64,000 nucleotides of DNA, from the NCBI GenBank assembly GCA_965240325.2, contig OZ251227.1, positions 1,550,001-1,614,000 of the forward strand, written 5' to 3'. Positions 57,003 through 64,000 of the stretch are shown here, piece by piece (position 1 is the stretch's first letter; each line of letters starts with the position of its first letter). Source of the stretch: Rebecca billardiae RCC1528 (taxonomy: Eukaryota; Protista; Haptophyta). The notes below the pieces were generated by a model, which was not told where the DNA came from, did not search any database, and saw only the letters and a list, made by a program, of their open reading frames with translations. Position numbers and translations under genes: made by a program.

Positions 57003-58508
57003 CTACACGGCAACGGGCGCAGCTGCAGTGGAGGCTTCCCCTGCTGCCCGTGCTCCGCACCACACGTGGCAGTGGGGCTTGTGCACCTTCCACGAGCTGC
57101 GCAGGTGCTCACGCGAGCAGAAGACCGCCACGTGGCACCGCTCGCACTTCTTCAGACCACGGCCTGTCCGTCCGCAGGCGACGCAGCATTGGGAGACCAC
57201 CTCACGCACGCCAGCTAACGAAGCCAGCACATCGCACGCTGCATCTCTTAGGTCGGGATCGAGCTCTTGGCCACGGCGCAGCATCCGCGCGCCCTCCTCC
57301 ACGTCAGGCTCCACTCCTCCCGCACCCGACAGCGTCATCGATCCCAGCAAGATGTGTGCACGTGCGCTCCCGCCATCAGCAGCCAAGCGGCACCAGCGCT
57401 CTGCCTCGTCCCAGTCCTGGTGAACACCCTCGTCTTGCGCGTAGCACCCGCCCAGTTCGAACTGCGCTTGAGCGAGGCCCTGCTCGGCCGCCAGCCGGTA
57501 CCAGCGCGCCGCCTCGCCAAGGTCCTGCGGCACACCCTCGCCTCGCGCGTAGCACCGGCCCAAATAGAACTGCGCTTCAGCAACGCCCTGCTCGGCCGCC
57601 AGCCGGTACCAGCATGCCGCCTCGCCAAAGCCCTGCGGCACACCCTCGCCTTGCGCGTAGCGCTCGCCCAGATTGAACTGCGCTTGAGCGAAGCCCTGCT
57701 CGGCCGCCAGCCGATCCCAGCGTGCCGCCTCGCCAAAGTCCTGCGGCACACCCTCGCCTCGCGCGTAGCACGCGCCCAGATTGCACTGCGCTCCACCAAA
57801 GCCCTGCTCGGCCGCCAGCCGGTACCAGCGCGCCGCCTCGCCCCAGTCCTGCTGCACACCCTCGCCTTGTGCGTAGCACTGGCCCAAATTGCCCTGCGCA
57901 GCTGCGTAGCCCTGCTCGGCCGCCAGCCGGTACCAGCGCGCTGCCTCGCCAAAGTCCTGCCGCACACCCTCGCCTTTCATGTAGAACCAGCCTAGATTGT
58001 ATCGCGCGTCAGCAAGGCCCTGGTCGGCAGCCAGCCGGTACCAGCGCAATGCCTCGCCCCAGTCCTGCGGCACGCCCTCGCCTCGCGCGTAGCACGCGCC
58101 CAGATTGCACTGCGCTCCAACAAAGCCCTGCTCGGCTGCCAGCCGGTACCAGCGCGCCGCCTCGCCCCAGTCCTGCTGCACGCCATCGCCTTGCGCGTAG
58201 CACTGGCCCAAATTGCCCTGCGCAGCTGCATAGCCCTGCTCGGCCGCCAGTCGGTACCAGCGCGCGGCTGCCTCCAGGTCCACGGGCTGATCAAACTCGC
58301 CTGCTGTGCAGATGTCGCCCATTACCCTCTGCGCATTGGCAAAGCCGCGCTCAGCGGCGAGGGTGTACAGGCGAAAGGCTTCACGCTCGTCCTGCGCGAT
58401 GCCGTCACCATTCTCGGCCCGCTGCGCCAGAATGAACGTCGCACGCGCGTCGCTGCGCCCCGACTTGCGCCATAGGAGCCTGACCGCCGCGGAAGCTTCC
58501 GCCGCCAT
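57003..58508 (-). CDS. Sel1-like repeat protein (~11 repeats) with C-terminal MYND zinc finger
   Basis: 36-aa (108-bp) repeats AQxxLGxxYAxGEGVxQDxGEAARWYRLAAEQG; CVACG..LKKCERCHVAVFCSREHLRSSWKVHKPHC. Confidence 0.92.
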   Translation of the reverse strand: MAAEASAAVRLLWRKSGRSDARATFILAQRAENGDGIAQDEREAFRLYTLAAERGFANAQRVMGDICTAGEFDQPVDLEAAARWYRLAAEQGYAAAQGNLGQCYAQGDGVQQDWGEAARWYRLAAEQGFVGAQCNLGACYARGEGVPQDWGEALRWYRLAADQGLADARYNLGWFYMKGEGVRQDFGEAARWYRLAAEQGYAAAQGNLGQCYAQGEGVQQDWGEAARWYRLAAEQGFGGAQCNLGACYARGEGVPQDFGEAARWDRLAAEQGFAQAQFNLGERYAQGEGVPQGFGEAACWYRLAAEQGVAEAQFYLGRCYARGEGVPQDLGEAARWYRLAAEQGLAQAQFELGGCYAQDEGVHQDWDEAERWCRLAADGGSARAHILLGSMTLSGAGGVEPDVEEGARMLRRGQELDPDLRDAACDVLASLAGVREVVSQCCVACGRTGRGLKKCERCHVAVFCSREHLRSSWKVHKPHCHVWCGARAAGEASTAAAPVAV

Positions 58509-59064
58509 GAGCGACCCACCCTTAAACGACGCCGAGACAGTGAACCGTTACGCGCCTCGCCGCGGCGGGCCCGGACCAAAGAAATGTGTACTGTATCAGA
58601 TTACAGAGTGGCCCGGACCGCCTCCGACGGCGAGTGCGCGACGGCCGTCGACCCCGACGGCCGTCGGCTCTTATGTGCTCCGCGCTCACTCCCCGCGCGC
58701 CGCGGCGGCGCCCTGCTGATGCAGCCTGTGCGCGGCCCCGCCTGTGTCAATGACGGTTATGCCTTCATGCAGCCTGTCCGCCCGCGCGACTCGCTGACGC
58801 TGCTATAGTGCTATACGGCTAGTACCGTTATACAGTAGCCGCTATCTGAGGCACTCGGGTCTCGGCCCGCTCGGGTTGACTGCAGACCCGCCATCAGGCA
58901 GGCCGTCTGAGACTTAAACTTTCATTTTCAACGGGCTTCAACGGGCCAACGGCACGCCAGCTGCGGCAGCTGCCGGCCGCCGCGGGCCACCGACTGGCAC
59001 TCAGCGGCCGAGCGCGGCGGTGCCGCACTCGCGGGCTGCCCCAACTACGTTGGTTCTACGGATC

Positions 59065-59144
59065 GCCCTGCTCGGCCGCCAGCCGGTACCAGCGCGCGGC
59101 TACCTCGAGAGTCGAGGTCCACGGGCTGATCAAGGTCCACCGGC
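59065..59144 (-). pseudogene. Orphan Sel1 repeat fragment
   Basis: Near copy of 58233-58294 (QPVDL..AARWYRLAAEQG) with small insertions. Confidence 0.8.
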
Positions 59145-59247
59145 TTCGTCGTCCGGCCAAAGGAATCCGGCCACGAAATGATTAGCCGTAAGCCGAGCGT
59201 GCGCACTGACGCTGGACGGCCGTCTACCCGCACGCCGCCCGGCCGAG

Positions 59248-61428
59248 ATGCTCGCCGACGGCTTGCGCCGCGCCGGGTGCAGCGCGATGCTTCGGCACGT
59301 GGGCGACCAGATTGTGTCGACGCGTCCGAAGCAGATCGCCTTCTCGGGCCCCGCCGGCTTCCTCGGCAGCCGCGTCCTCATCTCCCTCCTCGACGCACAC
59401 GAGCATCGGCGCGCACATGGCCTCGACCCGGGCGAGGTGGTGCTCCTCTCGGCGTCGCCGGGGAATCTGATGAGCAGGCTGTTCGCCGTGCACGGGCCCG
59501 AGCGGATGCAGAACGTCCGTGCGTGCCGCGTCGACTACTACCACCAGCACGACGTCGACTCCTGGCACGACCAGCTGGGGAGCCTCGGGCTGGGCGGGCC
59601 AGACGCCGTGTTCCTCAACCTGGCCGCGCTCGCTGGTCCGGTGAGCGGGCGGCCGGACGCGATGATGGCGGTGAACTACCGCGCGCCGATGGCCGCCGCG
59701 CGCGCGTGCGAGAAGCTCGGCTTCGGCCACTGGATCCAGTCGAGCACGCAGGCGGTGAAGGCGGAGCGCGCCGGGCAGGTGCCGTACAGCCGATGGAAAT
59801 CCATGTGCGCGCTCCTGTGTGCGCGCACCTGTGTGCGCGCACCTGTGTGCGCGCACCTCGTCCACGCGCACCTCGTGCCGCGTTGCGTGGCATGACAGCT
59901 GCGGGGATGAGCCGTTGGGTGTGCACGCTCGCGTGCTCGCCCGCGCGCGCGTGCATGCGCGCACCACCCGCGGCGCTCACGCGTGCGCGCGCCGCCGCGC
60001 GAACCGCCCCCGCCCTGCGTGCGCCGCCCCCGTGGCAGGTGCGACTTCTCCCTCGCGCGGATGGGCAGCCTGCCGGTCTCGATCCTCGCCATCGGGATGC
60101 TGTACTCGAAGGACGACCTCGTGGTCGGGCAGCGCGGCGCGGTGCTCAACATGATCGACCTGACGCTGCTCCCGCTCACGCCCATCATGGGCGACGGCCA
60201 GGCGCCGCTGCAGCCGCTCGAGGTGGACGACGCCGCGGACAGGCTGGCGTGGCTGGCGCTGTGCGAGCCCGCCGCGCGGCCGATGCAGCGGCACGCGGTG
60301 GGGCGCGAGAGCTGGGCGCGCGAGAGCTGGGCGCGCCTCATCTCGCACCAGCAGCGCCACTACACGCTGCGCATGTACGACGCTGTCGGCCCCGACACGC
60401 TCACGATGATCGAGCTGCTCGGCGCGTTTGCGCGGCTGAATGGGCACACGCTCACGCCCGTGCACGTCGACTACCGCAACATGGAGCGGGTGCTCAACGT
60501 CGCGTCGCTGGGCAACCTGAACCGCCAGTTCGTCAGCCTGCTCCGCTCCGAGCAGGAGACGCCGCGCAAGCCGCTCGTGGGCGAGCACTCCGTGTTTGAG
60601 GGGCTGCTCGGTCCGGACGCGCGGCTGCTGCGGCTCTCGGAGGTGCAGCCGTCCGCGCAGCCGCGCACCTTCCCGTGGGCGCGCACGATCCGGTGGGCGC
60701 TCAAGAACTACGGCGTGATCGAGCCGAGCATCTCGCTCGGCGTCGAGATGCTCGCCGCCCACTTCAGCTCGCCGGGCGAGCACGGGGCCACGCCCGCGCG
60801 CAGCCCGACCGCGCGCACGCCCGCGCTCACGCCCGCGCTCGTGCTCGGTGAGTCGGACTTCTCCGAGAAGTGGTACGGGGTGCGCTTCGCGCTCAGCCTG
60901 GGCACGCTGCTGCTGCTCGCCGCCGGCGGGTATCGGCTCACGCAGGAGTACGGCGAGGCGTTCGTGCACGAGGTCCTCGTGCCCAGCCTCGAGACGTACT
61001 CGGCCAAGAACGCCGCGCCCGGCGCCATCCTCGAGGAGTCGGTCGACGTCGACGCGGATGTCGAGCGGCCGCCCCACCGCCGGCTGCGCCGCACCTTGAG
61101 CAGCGAGCGGAGCCTAATCGAGCCGCTCGAGCCCAGCATCACGACGAACGGGCGGAACGGCAAGGGCGAGCCGCGAGCAGCAGGCTCGTCACCCACGGCG
61201 GCCGCGGGCGGCGCAGCTGATGATGCCGCTCGTGCCGAGGAGGAGGATGTTGCCATGGCTGCTGTGCCGGACGACACCGACAGCGTTACGAGCAGCGAAA
61301 TCATCCCCGTCGCATCGCTGCCGGACGCGTGGGCAGACTTCGATTTGGACGTTGGAGTTCCACGACGACTTGCACAGCAGCAGCGTCAGAGTGACTACGA
61401 CGGCAGTGAGTCTGAGACGGACTTGTGA
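59248..61428 (+). CDS. Atypical SDR / NAD(P)-binding Rossmann protein (NDUFA9/epimerase-like) with C-terminal TM (intron 59805-60038)
   Basis: IAFSGPAGFLGSRV (GxxGxxG), NLAA, WIQSST, YSRWK (YxxxK), GDGQAPLQPLEVDD, YDAVGPDTLT. Confidence 0.82.
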
Positions 61429-61440
61429 CGATTGTGCGGT

Positions 61441-61679
61441 CTCTGCCCGGCGCCCCAATGCCCCCAATGGCCAATCCTGCTGAGCTGCTCATGCCTGCAC
61501 ACCCTCGCCATGCGCGTAGCGGCCTGCAGGGATTCTGGCGGCCCGGTCATCCCTGTTGACCAGGCGCTACGCGCGTGGCGAGGGTGTGCAGCAGAATTGG
61601 GGCGAGGCAGCGCGCTGGTGCCGCTTGGCTGCTGATGAGTGATGGCGGAAACGCACGTGCACACATCTCGCAGGGATCG
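61441..61679. pseudogene. Inverted pair of Sel1 gene fragments forming a fold-back
   Basis: 61561-61679 (+) reads RYARGEGVQQNWGEAARWCRLAAD..GGNARAHI, matching the last repeat and cap of the Sel1 gene; 61441-61526 is an inverted degenerate copy. Confidence 0.8.
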
Positions 61680-61911
61680 CAGTTGCGCGCCCGCGCCCGA
61701 ACGGACACCCGGCCTGTCCGCTGCTTCCATTCCTATAGTACGTAAGTCATCGTGACAAAGTGTGATGAGTGTGACGTGTGTCTGTCTGTACTCTGTGCAT
61801 AGTGTGTGAGTCAGAGACAGAGTGGTGAGTGGACTGATCCGCACCCCGCCGTCTATAATCCCGCGAGTCACCGACCCACCGACCGGCGGCACCGCCCTTG
61901 CAGCGCGGCTG

Positions 61912-62610
61912 TCACTCTTGCCCAGCGCCACTTGCGTCAGCTGAAGACGTTTCAGCCACGGTCCTCTCGTCGACATCGCTGGCGCTCGCCACCCGTGCGA
62001 CATACGAACCGACGCCGCTCGCCTCCATGTACGTGGCCTCGCTCCCGGGCAGCGCCACACTGATGGGCAGCTTGCGCATGACCTGGCCGCGGGCGAGGGT
62101 GGACCCCTTCTCCTTGTCAGCGGAATGGTCACCTCGGAAGTAGTATGTGCCGGCTCCGAGCTTCTGGCCGTCGGGGAGCTTGCACTCGACATTGAGATCA
62201 AGCTCGAAGAGGATGAACGGGTATGCGGGCTCCTTGAGCAATCCCCAGATCCAGAAGCCGTCGCGGCGGTCGTCTGGGTCTTCGCTGAGTATCCAGCGAG
62301 CCCTACCGCCCGGAATGACGGCAGGGCATTCGTCGACGCGGATGGCGCCCTGCGGGGGCTCGTACCCGGGCTCCTCCTCGAAGGACACACGGAGCGCCAG
62401 CTCGCCACTCCCAACAATGGAGATGAGCAACGTGCCAGCCCAGAGCGGCTGCGCCGGCGCCGATGCAAGGATACGACTCCTGTGCGATGGGAGACGAACG
62501 GAGGCGCGGCCGCGATGGCCGGTGATGGCAGCGGCTGACGCCACCCCCATTTGAAGCGACGCGATGATGAGCGCAGCGAGGGCAGCGCGGGCCGCCATCA
62601 ATCCCATCAT
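61912..62610 (-). CDS. Uncharacterised, probably plastid-targeted algal protein
   Basis: Bipartite presequence; well-formed globular segment EEPGYEPPQG..WILSEDPDDRRDGFWIWGLLKEPAYPF. Confidence 0.75.
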   Translation of the reverse strand: MMGLMAARAALAALIIASLQMGVASAAAITGHRGRASVRLPSHRSRILASAPAQPLWAGTLLISIVGSGELALRVSFEEEPGYEPPQGAIRVDECPAVIPGGRARWILSEDPDDRRDGFWIWGLLKEPAYPFILFELDLNVECKLPDGQKLGAGTYYFRGDHSADKEKGSTLARGQVMRKLPISVALPGSEATYMEASGVGSYVARVASASDVDERTVAETSSADASGAGQE

Positions 62611-62765
62611 CGCGATTCTCGCGCGCGACTGTCGTCGCGCGAATCCTCTGGAAGCTTGCACTCTGTTTCGTCTTTCGGCTGCTGACCAGGACGCGCGACT
62701 GTTTCAAGCGTGCGGTCTGTCGACCGCCATCGCTGCCGGGTCGCGCGCCGCTGCAGCGGCGCGGC

Positions 62766-63464
62766 ATGCCGCCAAAGAAGGCTGCGGGCAAGGGGAAGGG
62801 CAAAGAGAAGAAGAAAGGTGCGCGTTGCGCGATCGTTTGGTCTGCTGGTGCCTCCGGCGTGCGCGCTCCGCACCGCAGGCCACCCCTGACGCACAGACTG
62901 CGCCCGTCCCTTGCCCGCACAGCCGATGATGGCGAGCTCACGACGGCTGACTTGCTGCAGCGGGCCGCACTGCGCATAGAGTCGCTCGAGCGCCAGCTCA
63001 TGTGGCGCGAGGAGCGTATGCTCCAGGCCATCTCCGCGCAGAAGGAGCTGCGCGAGCGCGTGCTGCAGTACCACACCGACTTTGCGTCTGAGAAGGAGGA
63101 GGTCTTCGACATCACGGCCGACATGACGCGCCAATACAAAGGGATGCAGGAGGAGCTCATGCGAAAGATCAGCTCGCTCGAGGCGACGATCAGCTCGCAG
63201 CGCGACGAGCTCGAGCTCTCGCGCCTCGCCCACGAGGAGACGAAGAAGGCGAAAGACCAGGTGATTGCGCTGAAGGACGCAGAGATAGCCGAGCAGAAGC
63301 AGAAGATGGAGGAGATGGCCATCGAGTTTGGCGAGATGCTCAAGGAGACGCTAGATAAGATGGGCGAGCGTATCGAGCTGACCAGCAACACATGGGAAAA
63401 TGAGACCGGCGCGCCAATCATGAACAGGCTACAGGAGTTCAAGCTGAACGTTGCCGACGTGTAA
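62766..63464 (+). CDS. DRC12: Dynein regulatory complex subunit 12 / CCDC153-like coiled-coil protein (in-frame intron ~62818-62922)
   Basis: MPPKKAAGKGKGKEKKK N-terminus; ITADMTRQYKGMQEEL and KMEEMAIEFGEMLKETLDKM motifs. Confidence 0.8.
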   Translation: MPPKKAAGKGKGKEKKKGARCAIVWSAGASGVRAPHRRPPLTHRLRPSLARTADDGELTTADLLQRAALRIESLERQLMWREERMLQAISAQKELRERVLQYHTDFASEKEEVFDITADMTRQYKGMQEELMRKISSLEATISSQRDELELSRLAHEETKKAKDQVIALKDAEIAEQKQKMEEMAIEFGEMLKETLDKMGERIELTSNTWENETGAPIMNRLQEFKLNVADV

Positions 63465-64000
63465 CGGCCCCAGAGTCTCGGACTCGGTCGGCCCCATACC
63501 ACTTGTACTGTCAGGCGTGAATCATGAATCTTGCCTGGGACTCCGCGGGATCGGCAGACCGACGATCCAGCCTTATGCTATAGTCACTGCTAGCCGTGTC
63601 AGTCAGCCTTGCACCGGTCGCCGGAGTGGACTACCCGGCACGGCACGGCACTAGCCACTACGGTCATGACTATGCCGAGCAGCCCGAGCCTCAGCCTCAG
63701 GCTCAGGGCAGTCAGCTGTCAGGCCGACCGCTAGGGCCGCTGATCCGTATCGCTCAGATACACGCGGACAGCGGCGTCGGCGAGGCGCCGTCGTCGGCTC
63801 GGTGAGGACTTCGGACTCGGACTCGGTCTCGGTCGGACTTAATTCTGAGTGACCGCACCGTGGCCGGGCTCGGGGCTGACTGTCCGTGGTGGCTCGTCGG
63901 ACGGGCGAGTCGGCCGCGGCCGCGTCGGCCGACCGCGGCCTGTCAGCCTCAGGCCCGGCCGACTAAACGCAGCGCCCGCGCCCCGGGCCTTGCAGTAGCT

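Noticed and set aside
57380-58260. Regular 108-bp repeats resembling a CRISPR-like array
   Set aside because: They are in-frame coding Sel1 repeats with no unique spacers and no cas genes, in a eukaryotic context.
1-64000. tRNA, rRNA or snRNA genes
   Set aside because: None recognised by eye; a tRNAscan/Rfam search would be needed to exclude them.

Overview
Very GC-rich eukaryotic nuclear DNA with short GT-AG introns rich in GCGC runs. Bipartite plastid-targeting presequences, CCB4 and a flagellar DRC12 gene point to a flagellated alga with a secondary plastid; a haptophyte such as Pavlovales is my inference, not verified. About 21 protein genes were read: a Sfi1-like 3' fragment, a type I membrane protein, an odd ABC ATPase, LETM1-like, a pseudo-papain/SRCR/His-rich/TM protein, Myb SHAQKYF-class factor, SAM methyltransferase, GH3 glucosidase, Cys-less GPx-like, EF-hand, TPR-Kelch, argH, sulfotransferase, CCB4, F-box, FHA, a giant RasGAP-like/VPS9/UBA protein, Sel1-MYND, atypical SDR, an unknown plastid protein and DRC12. 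Five gene pairs are head-to-head across 66-155 bp spacers. Mobile DNA comprises a complete ~4 kb Sola-like DDD transposon (TIRs plus TGAT TSD), two TA-flanked Tc1/mariner-type MITEs, and a 470-bp element with a 4-bp TSD and nested inverted repeats (two copies). The most notable observations are: (i) a Sel1-repeat/MYND gene with position-restricted repeat variation, next to orphan repeat fragments, one pair forming a pre-miRNA-like fold-back; (ii) non-coding repeat copies that diverge largely by short templated insertions; (iii) three apparent pseudo-enzymes. There is one 100-N assembly gap. All calls come from manual reading, with no database searches.
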